Assembly (NCBI GenBank): GCA_034670305.1
Contig: JAXMNT010000017.1
Location: 64,001-128,000 of the forward strand
From: Deltaproteobacteria bacterium
GTDB taxonomy: Bacteria; Myxococcota_A; Polyangia; Polyangiales; Houyiibacteriaceae
Direction of reading: 5' to 3'
DNA: 64,000 nt
Both the position numbers and the translations under genes were made by a program. The notes under the pieces are model-generated. The model did not search any database, was not told the DNA's origin, and worked only from the letters and a program-made list of their open reading frames with translations. This document shows, piece after piece, positions 18,532-27,710 of the stretch. How positions within the stretch are numbered: the first letter of the stretch is position 1; every line of letters starts with the position of its first letter.

Positions 18532-21170
18532 CCGACGCCAAGAAACGTCGACCGTCGCGCACCCCACGCCCGGTGGATCCGCCGAGTCGACCCGCGCGTC
18601 GAAAGCTTCGGCCACGCAGTCGTCCGACCCGCACGTCGCTCATCGGTGAGTTTCTCGAACACCGCACCGTTCGCTTGCTCGTGGCTTCGCTCATCGTCGT
18701 CTCGCTGCTTCCTTATCCGGAGCTCGAACGACTGCTCCGCCCATGGCTCTTGGTCGCGTTCGGCGCCGAGGTGGTGCTTCGATTCACCCGGCTGGCAATC
18801 GAGAAGGCCAAGGAGCGGAGCGACTGGCTCTACCTCTGCATCGACGTGCTCGCGTGGACGAGCTTCTTGCCGCTCGAGCATCTGCTCGGCGTCGACGCGA
18901 CCTGGGTCCGCGGGCTGCGCCTGGTCCGGCTGCTCGTGCTCATCCGGTTCACGCGGTACCTCGCGCAGGACGTCTGGCGCGTGCTCACTCGGCGCGAACA
19001 GCTCCAACAGCTCGGGCTCGTCACGACGTCCGTACTGGCGCTCTCGTTCTTCTCTGCGGTGGTGATGAACCACATCCTGCCCGACGACCCGACCGTGCAG
19101 GGCAGCTTCTGGGATCAGATGTGGTGGAGCTTTCGCCAAGTCGAGAGCCCGGACAACCTCATCGCCCACCTCGATGCGCATCCGCTCGTGGTCATCCTCT
19201 CGCTCGGTCTGACCATCACAGGCATCTTTGTCTTCTCGTACCTCATCGGTGTGGGCACGACCGTGGTGGAGCTCGTGCTGCGGGCCGAGCGTCGCCGGCC
19301 GGTGCCGTACCACGGGCACACGCTCGTCATCGGTCCGATGTACGAGAGCGAGCTGCTCGTCCGCGAGTTCGTGCGCATCCACGAGAAGAACCGCGCGCTG
19401 CGCCGCATCTCGCCGGCGGACCTGTGGCGCTGGCTCACCCACCGGCACCACCCGACCCCGCGGCGGCACGCGCTCCCGCAGATGGCGCTGCTCGGGCCCG
19501 AGGTGGAGCCGCCGCCGTATCTCTACGAACCCGAGATGCGCTGGGTCGTCTACCGGCAGGGCGACGGCGTCGAGGCCGAAAGTCTCGACCTCGTGGGCGC
19601 GACGGACAGCAAACGCGCCATCTTGCTGGCGCCACCCTCCAATGCGCACGACCCGGACGCGATCACACTCTCGCGGCTGAGCGCCATCCGCACCATCAAC
19701 CCCGATGCGCATGTCTTCGTCGAGGTCACCCGCAGCGAGAACGAAGGCGTCGTGCGGGCGGTCGGCGGCGTCGGCACGTTTCCGCTCGATGCGAGCCGGC
19801 TCGTCGGACTGTTCCTTTGCCACCACTTGCTCGTGCCGGGCGTCGACCGACTCTTCGAAGAACTGCTCAGTGCGCGCGGCCACGAGATCTACACCCACCT
19901 CTACGTCGACAGCTGGGAGCACCGCGCCCTGGATCTTCGCGCGTCCAAGGAAGGAACTGGGGGGACCGTCTCGTTCCAGGCGCTCCAGCGCTTCGCTCAG
20001 GAGCGACACCACGTCACCCTGCTCGGTGTGTTCCTCGGCGATCGCATCGACCGCAAGCAACGCGATCTCATCCCGGTCGACCTGCTCGACGCCTGGGTCA
20101 ACCCGCTCGCGGCAGCCGAGGCAGAGGGCGCGTCGGCCGCCGGTCGCATCCCGGTCGAGCGACTGCAGGGCATCTTCGGCATCGCCGACACCTACGTACC
20201 GCTGCGCGCGTCGGGCCGCGAGGTCCTCGAGTCCGACCTCGGTGCGCCCACTTCCGGTGACCTCCATGCTGCCAAAGCGGTGGTCGACTCGATCGATCGC
20301 GAAGTCGATCCACCGATGGAACGCATCGTGGTGGTTGGGTACGGACACGCGCTGCCCGCGTTGGTGGATGCGCTCGCGCACTTCGTCCCCGGGGTGTCGG
20401 TACACGTCGTGCTGTGTGGCGACTCGCCCGACGCGGCGCGCTGGCTCCGCAAGTGCGGCATCCCCAAAGCCGGCGGCCGCTGCGCGATCGAGGGCGGCGG
20501 CACGCTTGCGATCGAACGCTGTGAGCGTGACGAACTCTCCGAGGTCGCGGCCGAGCGGGCTGCCGTCGCAGACGCGGCGGTCTTTCTTGCAGATGCGGGT
20601 GCGACCGACAGCGACGCGACCGTCTCGATGCGGGTGCTGCGGTTCGCCAACGCGCTGCGCCGCGGTTCGGAGAAGACCACGGAGATCGAACTCTGGCCCG
20701 ACGACCGGGAGCGTGCGCAAGACCGCACTGCGATGCCGCTGCGACTGCTGGTCGAACTCGACTCCCGCCACCGCGGCGCGCAACTCGAAGGGCATCTCGG
20801 CGGGGGCATGTCCCAGGCGGAGACCGAGCTCGTCCTCGTCAGCACCGACCAGATCAAGAACTACTTCATGGTGCACAGCGCGTTCGTGCCCGGCGTCACG
20901 TCGATCTACGAACGGCTGCTGGGAAGCCGCGGTCAGGAAATCGTGCGCCTGCCCGTCGCCTGGCTGCCCGACTCCCACGAGTCGTTCACGTTCGGGGGAC
21001 TGCGCGCCGCGCTCGCCGGGCGTGGCTGCATCCCGATCGCGCTCTCTCTCGACGGCGAACTGCTTGTGAACCCACCGTGCGCCCGGCCGCTGAAACGCGC
21101 GGACCTCGAAGCCATCTACGCCGTCGCCGACATGGACTCCCTCGACGAGATCTTCCCCGCGCAGTCCTGA
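18528..21170 (+). CDS. Ion channel: voltage-sensor-like TMs, pore and RCK-like cytosolic domains (CASTOR/POLLUX-like)
   Basis: S4-like RGLRLVRLLVLIRF; pore helix FWDQMWWSFRQVESPDNL; GHTLVIG; PGV..LFEELLS.RGHEIY and a second PGVTSIYERLLG..GQEI. Confidence 0.75.
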   Translation: MTDAKKRRPSRTPRPVDPPSRPARRKLRPRSRPTRTSLIGEFLEHRTVRLLVASLIVVSLLPYPELERLLRPWLLVAFGAEVVLRFTRLAIEKAKERSDWLYLCIDVLAWTSFLPLEHLLGVDATWVRGLRLVRLLVLIRFTRYLAQDVWRVLTRREQLQQLGLVTTSVLALSFFSAVVMNHILPDDPTVQGSFWDQMWWSFRQVESPDNLIAHLDAHPLVVILSLGLTITGIFVFSYLIGVGTTVVELVLRAERRRPVPYHGHTLVIGPMYESELLVREFVRIHEKNRALRRISPADLWRWLTHRHHPTPRRHALPQMALLGPEVEPPPYLYEPEMRWVVYRQGDGVEAESLDLVGATDSKRAILLAPPSNAHDPDAITLSRLSAIRTINPDAHVFVEVTRSENEGVVRAVGGVGTFPLDASRLVGLFLCHHLLVPGVDRLFEELLSARGHEIYTHLYVDSWEHRALDLRASKEGTGGTVSFQALQRFAQERHHVTLLGVFLGDRIDRKQRDLIPVDLLDAWVNPLAAAEAEGASAAGRIPVERLQGIFGIADTYVPLRASGREVLESDLGAPTSGDLHAAKAVVDSIDREVDPPMERIVVVGYGHALPALVDALAHFVPGVSVHVVLCGDSPDAARWLRKCGIPKAGGRCAIEGGGTLAIERCERDELSEVAAERAAVADAAVFLADAGATDSDATVSMRVLRFANALRRGSEKTTEIELWPDDRERAQDRTAMPLRLLVELDSRHRGAQLEGHLGGGMSQAETELVLVSTDQIKNYFMVHSAFVPGVTSIYERLLGSRGQEIVRLPVAWLPDSHESFTFGGLRAALAGRGCIPIALSLDGELLVNPPCARPLKRADLEAIYAVADMDSLDEIFPAQS

Positions 21171-21254
21171 CTTCTGCTTCTGCTTCTGCTTCTGCTTCTG
21201 CTTCTGCTTCTGCTTCTGCTTCTGCTTCTGCTTCTGCTTCTGCTTCTGCTTCTG
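21171..21254. repeat. Perfect (CTTCTG)14 microsatellite
   Basis: Direct reading; starts right after the channel stop codon. Confidence 0.97.
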
Positions 21255-21264
21255 CGGGCCAGGG

Positions 21265-22917
21265 TCAGCGCCGGGGTCGCGTGCGCGGGCTTCGAGGGCT
21301 GCGGCGCACGGGCGGCACCGCCAGACTCAACGTCGCGACGTCGATCCGTTCGGTGCCGGCGGCGACTTGCAGCGCGACCTCCACCTGGGCCGGGACGTCG
21401 ATGCTGGTGCCGATGGTGACGCGGAACCGCCCGTCCGGGTGGCGGAGGATGGAGCCAACCGCGACGCCGGGCGGGGCCCGCGCGACGAGTCGGTCGGGGA
21501 GCCGGAGCGGGCTGCGGATGCGCAGGGTGAGCTCGCGCCTCCCGCCGCGGCGGAGCACCGGCCGACCGACGACGCGGGCTTGGGCGCGCATGACGAGCAC
21601 GTCGAAGCCAGGGATGTCGCGGTCGCTCGAGTCGATGCAGCGAATCGACTGACGCCCGAGGCCGCGCACGGTGGTGATGCCTTCGAGCGCCGCGTTCTCC
21701 CGGGACGAGACGCCGCAGCGCAGGCCGAGGGGAGAGACGAGCCAGGTGCCCGGCAACACCCGCACCGGTTCGTAGGGCCGGGTGGGATCGCCCGGATCGA
21801 ACGAGTCCGGCGGTGGGTCGCCGCCGCCGGGCGGCACGATGCGGGCTTCGCGGATCACCATCGCGCGGCGGGGGGAAGGGCGCCCTTCGAAGAAGGCACT
21901 GTCGATGGTGGACACCCGCACGTAGTAGGCGCCCGCTGGAAGGCGGGCGATCTCGAAGCCGGTCGCGTCGCCCGGCACCTCGATCGCCGCGACGAGCTCG
22001 GAGCCATCCGCTTCCGCCGACACCTCCACCCGATAGGCGCGCGCCCCCTCGACCGCATGCCACTGGCCGCGCAGCGTGCCGCCGCTGCCGGTCACGCCTA
22101 CGAACCGGCCGCTTCGGTCGTCCCGCCAGCGTGGCGCGCGGGGCAAGGGCCGCGGCGGCGTGGGACGCCGGCCCGCCGTGACGGTGGTGCCGCTGCCTTC
22201 GGGCAACTGCAACCGTCCGCGGTCGCCCGTCACGAAGAGCGAACCGCCGAGGTTGGCGACGCGGGTCGTGTCCTCGTCGACCTGGACGATCGCTTCACCG
22301 CCGACGTCGGCGCGCGCGGAGTCGGTCTGCACGGCGAGCCCACCCGCGAGTTCCCCGAGCCGGCCCCGCAGTGCGCCCCGTTGAAGTCGCGCGACGCGCC
22401 GGGGACGTGCGGACGACCCGCCGCCGCCGACCACGACCACGAGCGAGCGGTCGCGCATCTGGAGTCGCGACCCATCGCGGTACAGGAGCTCGGCCGCCGA
22501 GTGTTCGCCGGTGGCGACTTGGTTGCCTTCGTCGAGTCCATCGCCGCGCCGCGCGCGTCTCCAAGCGTCGGCGGCCGCGCGACGCAGTTCCACCTCGTGC
22601 ACCACCCGCGCCATCGACGCCTCGTGCGAGGCCCGTTCCCGCGAGGGCAACACGAGCGTCGTGCCTTCTTGCAGCCGATGGGGCGTCGGCCCGAGCCACC
22701 GGTTGTACGCGTGGATGACATCGATTCGGGCGCGGTCGCCGTACACTGCGCGCGCGATGCTTCGGCACGAGTCGCCCGGCTGCACGACGTAGCGCAGGTC
22801 CTCGTCCGCATGCGCGTTCGGAGCCCTCAGCACGCACAGCCAGCCCACCAGCATCCACCACCGCAGCTTCGTGCGTTGCCCGGCGCGAGGCGGCCGACGC
22901 GCGAACGCGCCCCTCAA
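21265..22917 (-). CDS. LysM + FecR-domain secreted protein
   Basis: YVVQPGDSC..IA..YG LysM; G..L..G..V.TG..S.AEL.Y.DGS FecR; FN3-like LPAGAYYVRVS. Start 22917 (TTGA overlap) or slightly downstream. Confidence 0.85.
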   Translation of the reverse strand: MRGAFARRPPRAGQRTKLRWWMLVGWLCVLRAPNAHADEDLRYVVQPGDSCRSIARAVYGDRARIDVIHAYNRWLGPTPHRLQEGTTLVLPSRERASHEASMARVVHEVELRRAAADAWRRARRGDGLDEGNQVATGEHSAAELLYRDGSRLQMRDRSLVVVVGGGGSSARPRRVARLQRGALRGRLGELAGGLAVQTDSARADVGGEAIVQVDEDTTRVANLGGSLFVTGDRGRLQLPEGSGTTVTAGRRPTPPRPLPRAPRWRDDRSGRFVGVTGSGGTLRGQWHAVEGARAYRVEVSAEADGSELVAAIEVPGDATGFEIARLPAGAYYVRVSTIDSAFFEGRPSPRRAMVIREARIVPPGGGDPPPDSFDPGDPTRPYEPVRVLPGTWLVSPLGLRCGVSSRENAALEGITTVRGLGRQSIRCIDSSDRDIPGFDVLVMRAQARVVGRPVLRRGGRRELTLRIRSPLRLPDRLVARAPPGVAVGSILRHPDGRFRVTIGTSIDVPAQVEVALQVAAGTERIDVATLSLAVPPVRRSPRSPRTRPRR

Positions 22918-24224
22918 TGCGCGCCACCATTGCGCCGGATCGCACGGAGCAGTCGGCGTACGACTTCGCTGGCCTGTGCTGGGGAGGGCACGACGTCGCT
23001 CGCACCCGCACGGATGAGCGCGCGCAGTGCGGAGACGTCCGACGCGTTCGCCTCGCAGACCACGGGCGCCAGCGCGACGAGGGACCCGAGCCGCTCGGTC
23101 GCGTCCGAGGCGAGGAAGACGGCGGCGGGCTGTCCGACCTCTTCGCCCTCGCCAACGACGTAGGGGGTGAGGCCGGCTGCGCCGAGTGCGAGGAAGAGGT
23201 CGGGGTGAACCCCGCCGTACAGCGCCACCTCGCCCGGCGCGGCCGCCTCGGGGGCGCCCTCCGGTGGCGCGGGCACCATGCGCGCCGCGCGACCGAGCAC
23301 ATGGGCATCCTCGCGACTGCGCCCTCGGCCTTCCTGGCCGGTCGCGTCCGCAAGTTGTTCTCGGGCTTCGAGTGCGGTGGGCCGCGCGTCGGCGCGTTTG
23401 TCGAGCAGGCGCGCGACCAGCGCTTCGAGCGACGCCGGCAGAGGCGCGCCTTGGCTGCGAAGCGGTGGCGGCGGCGCGTACATGTGGCGGGTGAGCACTT
23501 CCGCATCGGCGCCGAGGAAAGGCGGTCGGCCGGAGATCATCTCGAAGAGCACACACCCGAGCGCGTAGACATCCGTCGCCCCATCCACCGCGCCACCGCG
23601 CGCTTGTTCCGGCGACGTGTACGCGGGTGTTCCGGCGACCACGCCCTCGGCCGTCATGCGCGAGGTGCCGGTGCCCCCGCTGAGAAACGCGAGGCCGAAG
23701 TCGACGAGCCGCACCTTGGCGTCCGCGGTCTCCAGCATGATGTTCTCGGGTTTGAGGTCGCGGTGCACGATGTCGGCCCGGTGCGCGGCCCACAGCACGT
23801 CGGCGATCTGCCAGGCGATCTCGAGCGACTCGTCCAGCGACAAGGGCGTGGCCGGCATGGTGGCCAAGGGCGCTGCGCCGCCACGCGAAGGGTGCGTCAC
23901 TCGGGTGCCTACTTCGAGCCGGGCGCGCAGCGGTGCGCCCCACACCCGCTCCATGGCGAGAAAGAGGCGGCCCTCGCATTCGCCGAGTTCGAACACTCGG
24001 ACCGCGCCCGGATGGTCGAGCGCACTGGCGACCCGCGCCTCCCGTTCGAAGCGCGCCCGGGCACGCGGATCATGCTCGAGCGACGCGCCGAGAATCTTGA
24101 GCGCGACGTCCCGTCCGAGGTCTTCTTGATGCGCGGCCCACACCACCCCCATGCCGCCGCGTCCGAGCTCGTGTTGCAGGCGGTAGCGCCCCGCGATGCA
24201 CATGTCCGCAGCGAGCGCAGACAT
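22914..24224 (-). CDS. Ser/Thr protein kinase with C-terminal pseudo-receiver-like domain
   Basis: LGRGGMGVVW, VALK, HRDLKPEN, DFG, GTPAYTSPE; tail LIRAGASDVVPSP. Confidence 0.92.
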   Translation of the reverse strand: MSALAADMCIAGRYRLQHELGRGGMGVVWAAHQEDLGRDVALKILGASLEHDPRARARFEREARVASALDHPGAVRVFELGECEGRLFLAMERVWGAPLRARLEVGTRVTHPSRGGAAPLATMPATPLSLDESLEIAWQIADVLWAAHRADIVHRDLKPENIMLETADAKVRLVDFGLAFLSGGTGTSRMTAEGVVAGTPAYTSPEQARGGAVDGATDVYALGCVLFEMISGRPPFLGADAEVLTRHMYAPPPPLRSQGAPLPASLEALVARLLDKRADARPTALEAREQLADATGQEGRGRSREDAHVLGRAARMVPAPPEGAPEAAAPGEVALYGGVHPDLFLALGAAGLTPYVVGEGEEVGQPAAVFLASDATERLGSLVALAPVVCEANASDVSALRALIRAGASDVVPSPAQASEVVRRLLRAIRRNGGAH

Positions 24225-25867
24225 CACGTGCGCACCTCGAACAGCTCCATCGCAGCGGCGTGTCCGGCCAGGTGGTGTTCGCCGACCGAGACGAACTCGA
24301 AGCCGTCGCCTGCGGCGAGCCGGGTCGCGCCCGAGACGAGGATCTGGTGCGGTCGCGCCATCGACTCCAGCCGTGCCGCGAGGTTCACCGCTTCGCCGAT
24401 GGCGGTGTACTCCATGCGCACGTCGGAGCCGAGGTTGCCCACAACCGCCTCGCCGGTGTGCACGCCGATCGCCAGTTGGATCCGGACGCCGAAGCGCTTC
24501 TCCCAGCCGGTGTTGGCTGCTTCTACGAACGCGAGCATGTCCTCGGCTGCCCGCAGCGCGTCGGCCGCGTGCGCTTCGTTGGGCTCGGGCGCGCCGAAGA
24601 GCGCCATCACCGCGTCTCCGAGAAACTTGTCGACCGTGCCGGAGTGCCGGAAGACGACCTCCGTCAACAGCGTGAAGAGCTCGTTGAGGATCGCGACCAC
24701 CTCTTCCGGTGGGAGCCGCGAGGTCAGCGGGGTGAACGCGACGACGTCGGCGAAGAGCACCGTGATCGGCAGCCGTTGTCCACCGAGCTGCATGTCGTGT
24801 TCGCGAGACGCCACCCGGCGGGCGAGCTCGGCGGGTAGAAACCGTTCGAGGTCCGCGCGGATCGCTTCCTCCTCGCGCACCCGTGCTTCGCTCGACTCGA
24901 GCGTCTCCGCCGCGACCGACAGGTCCTCCGCGAGCGCCCCGAGTTCGTCGCGACTCGCGATGTGCACGCGCCGGTCGAACCGCCGGCCGGCGAGCTCGGA
25001 GGCGAACGCCGAGAGCGTCCGGATCGGCGCGGTCAGCAGCCGCGCGAAGACGGCCGCGAGCATGAGCGAGACCACGATGGCCACACCGATGCCGATGCCG
25101 ACGATGCGCCGCATGCGGCTGAGGCTCCGGAACGCGATGCGGCGCGGGACACTGACCACGGCGACCCCGAGCGAGGGCTCCGAGTCCCCGAGCGGCGCGA
25201 CGGTGGCGACTGCGTCCGCGATCTCCGACGAGACGGGGCTGCGGAGGGTGGCGGGGTCGAGGTCCCGGAGCGCTTCGTCCAGCGACATCGGCCGTCCGGC
25301 CTGCACTGCGATGTCGCCGTTCGCCCGCACCAGTGCGATCGTGCCTTCGAGCAGCGAGAGGTGGGCGCGGGCCAGACTCTCCGCGCGCCGTCTCACGGGG
25401 GCGAGCGGGAAGGGCGTCGCCACCTGTCCGGTCTGTTGTGCCCCGACTCGGATCGGCACCGAGAGCCAGTCGTCGGGCAGGCGGGTGAGCGTGGTCGCTG
25501 GAGGTACCTCTCCGCTCTCGCCGCCTCGCACGAACCCGTCGATCACGTGGCCTGCGGCATCGAAGACCTGAACTTCGTCGAGGCCACTCGAGTCGAAGAG
25601 CCGGCTGCAGGTCTCGAGGCGCACGTCGTCGCTGAGCTGGGGGTCGGCGAGGGTCTCGGCCATGGCGCGCAGGTCGTCTTGGGCGGACTGCACTTCGCGT
25701 TCGAGCGTCCGCCCGAGATCGTCCGCCAGCGCGATCTGGAGCTGGAGCGCGCTGCGCCGGACCGTCTCTTCGTTCACGTCGAGCAGCAGCCACCCGGCGA
25801 GCAAGAGCGGACAGGCCGCGAGCAGCCCGCCAAACAACGTCAACTTCAGGCGGAGCGGGAAAGACAC
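24224..25867 (-). CDS. Membrane class III adenylate/guanylate cyclase with HAMP domain
   Basis: Two TMs, HAMP (SRDELGALA), TVLFADV..FT, DKFLGDAVMA, EYTAIGEAVNLAARLE. Confidence 0.93.
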   Translation of the reverse strand: MSFPLRLKLTLFGGLLAACPLLLAGWLLLDVNEETVRRSALQLQIALADDLGRTLEREVQSAQDDLRAMAETLADPQLSDDVRLETCSRLFDSSGLDEVQVFDAAGHVIDGFVRGGESGEVPPATTLTRLPDDWLSVPIRVGAQQTGQVATPFPLAPVRRRAESLARAHLSLLEGTIALVRANGDIAVQAGRPMSLDEALRDLDPATLRSPVSSEIADAVATVAPLGDSEPSLGVAVVSVPRRIAFRSLSRMRRIVGIGIGVAIVVSLMLAAVFARLLTAPIRTLSAFASELAGRRFDRRVHIASRDELGALAEDLSVAAETLESSEARVREEEAIRADLERFLPAELARRVASREHDMQLGGQRLPITVLFADVVAFTPLTSRLPPEEVVAILNELFTLLTEVVFRHSGTVDKFLGDAVMALFGAPEPNEAHAADALRAAEDMLAFVEAANTGWEKRFGVRIQLAIGVHTGEAVVGNLGSDVRMEYTAIGEAVNLAARLESMARPHQILVSGATRLAAGDGFEFVSVGEHHLAGHAAAMELFEVRT

Positions 25868-25987
25868 GCTGCGTGCCCGGGGCGGGCTCGCATCCTTGGG
25901 GGGCGTCCTGACGTCCGCGGGCGTCTCGACGCAGGGCACGTCGCTCCTGGGGGCACTCGGCACGGTCCGCAGTGTAAGGTCTATCGC

Positions 25988-27280
25988 ATGCCAGCGACGA
26001 CGCAGCCTGCAGACGACCGCCGAGGCCTGCCGATCCGGAGCCTCGAGGTGGTGGTCGTCGAGGGCCCCGACAAAGGCACCGAGGCGAGCGCGTCCAGCGA
26101 GACCCTGACCGTAGGCACCGCCGAAGGAAACGATCTCAAGCTCAGCGACTCGACGGTGAGCGGGTTTCATCTGGAGCTCGTGCAGGCGGGGGACGTCATC
26201 CGCGTACAGGACCACGGCAGCCTCAACGGGACGATCTTTGCGGGCGCCCGGCTCGGCCACGCGGAGATTCCACCCGGCGCCACGCTCACCCTTGGCAACA
26301 CCAAGATCGAAGTGCGCGACGGGGCCCGGGTCACCGTCGAGATGCACGAACACGACGAGTACGGCGGCATCACGGGCCGCACGCCGGTGATGCGTCGGCT
26401 GATGGTGAAGATTCGACGCGCCGCGCGCAGCGACACCGCCGCGCTGCTCGTCGGCGAATCCGGGACAGGCAAAGAACTCATCGCGCGCGCCCTCCACGAT
26501 CAGGGCAAACGCGCCGGCGCGCCCTTCGTCACGGTCGACTGCGCCGCGCTCGCGCCTTCGCTCGTCGCGAGCGAACTCTTCGGTCACGAGAAGGGCGCAT
26601 TCACAGGCGCCGACCGGCGGCACGCCGGTGCGTTCGAACGCGCCCACGGCGGGACCCTCTTTCTGGACGAGATCGGAGAGCTCCCGCCCGCACTCCAGCC
26701 GGCGCTGCTCGGTGCGCTCGAGCGGCGACGGTTCCGGCGGGTTGGCGGCCGCGAAGAGATCGAGGTCGACGTGCGGGTCGTGTGCGCGACCCACCGCGAC
26801 CTTCGATCGGAAGTGAACGCGGGCCGATTTCGGCTCGACCTCTACTACCGGGTGGCGGTCGTCGTGCTCGCGGTGCCCGCCCTTCGCGAGCGCATGGAAG
26901 ACCTGCCGCTTCTGGTCGAACACTTCGTACGCGAGGCAGGCTGGGACGGACCGGTGGAAGAGGTGGTGCCGCCGGACACGATGGTCGCGCTCGCGGCGCA
27001 TCGGTGGCCCGGCAACGTGCGCGAGCTCCGCAACGTGGTCGAAGCGACGATCGCGATGGGCGAACCGCCCGCGCTGCATCCCGAGCTCGGAAGCACCGAC
27101 GAACGGTTCTTCGAGCTCGGCTACAAAGACGCGCGTGCGGCCATCCTGCACGACTTCGAATCGCGCTACCTGCGGCGCCTTGTCGAGCGGGCGGAGGGCA
27201 ACGTCTCCAAAGCCGCCCGCGACGCGCGGATGGACCGCACGTACCTGATCAAGTTGCTTCAGAAACACGGCCTGCGATGA
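25988..27280 (+). CDS. FHA-domain sigma54 enhancer-binding protein
   Basis: FHA (VGT...VSGFH...GSLNGT), [17 protein letters not shown]. Confidence 0.93.
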   Translation: MPATTQPADDRRGLPIRSLEVVVVEGPDKGTEASASSETLTVGTAEGNDLKLSDSTVSGFHLELVQAGDVIRVQDHGSLNGTIFAGARLGHAEIPPGATLTLGNTKIEVRDGARVTVEMHEHDEYGGITGRTPVMRRLMVKIRRAARSDTAALLVGESGTGKELIARALHDQGKRAGAPFVTVDCAALAPSLVASELFGHEKGAFTGADRRHAGAFERAHGGTLFLDEIGELPPALQPALLGALERRRFRRVGGREEIEVDVRVVCATHRDLRSEVNAGRFRLDLYYRVAVVVLAVPALRERMEDLPLLVEHFVREAGWDGPVEEVVPPDTMVALAAHRWPGNVRELRNVVEATIAMGEPPALHPELGSTDERFFELGYKDARAAILHDFESRYLRRLVERAEGNVSKAARDARMDRTYLIKLLQKHGLR

Positions 27281-27522
27281 GCCGTCGCAAGATCGATTGG
27301 GGCAAGCACCCGGTGGCGTCGGTGGTGGTTTGGATCCTGACCGCGGCGTGTGTGATCGGCCTGCTGTACACCGCGACGCATCTGGACGAGTTGCCCACGC
27401 GACGTCCGGGGGGAGGGCGCGGCAAGAACCACCTTGCCGCGCTGATGTTCGTCTTCTGCCCGGTGGTGCTGGCGGTCACGTGGGGCATCTTCCTGCGCAA
27501 CTTCCGAGGTCCGCCCCGCTGA
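27277..27522 (+). CDS. Small two-TM membrane protein
   Basis: ATGA overlap with the EBP stop; two hydrophobic segments. Confidence 0.7.
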   Translation: MSRRKIDWGKHPVASVVVWILTAACVIGLLYTATHLDELPTRRPGGGRGKNHLAALMFVFCPVVLAVTWGIFLRNFRGPPR

Positions 27523-27523
27523 G

Positions 27524-27697
27524 GACTCCGACGCCGAAGCCGACGCCGAAGCCGACGCCGAAGCCGACGCCGAAGCCGACGCCGACGCCGAATCCGAAGC
27601 CGACTCCGACGCCGAAGCCGACGCCGAAGCCGACGCCGAAGCCGACGCCGAATCCGAAGCCGACTCCGAAGGCGACGCCGACGCCGACTCCGAAGCC
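27524..27697 (+). repeat. GCCGAA/GCCGAC hexamer array
   Basis: Direct reading; between convergent genes. Confidence 0.95.
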
Positions 27698-27710
27698 GGG
27701 GCCGTGTCCT

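Noticed and set aside
21265-27268. Giant fused ORFs (904, 959 and 1014 aa) in the cyclase locus
   Set aside because: They resolve into three separate overlapping genes in different frames.
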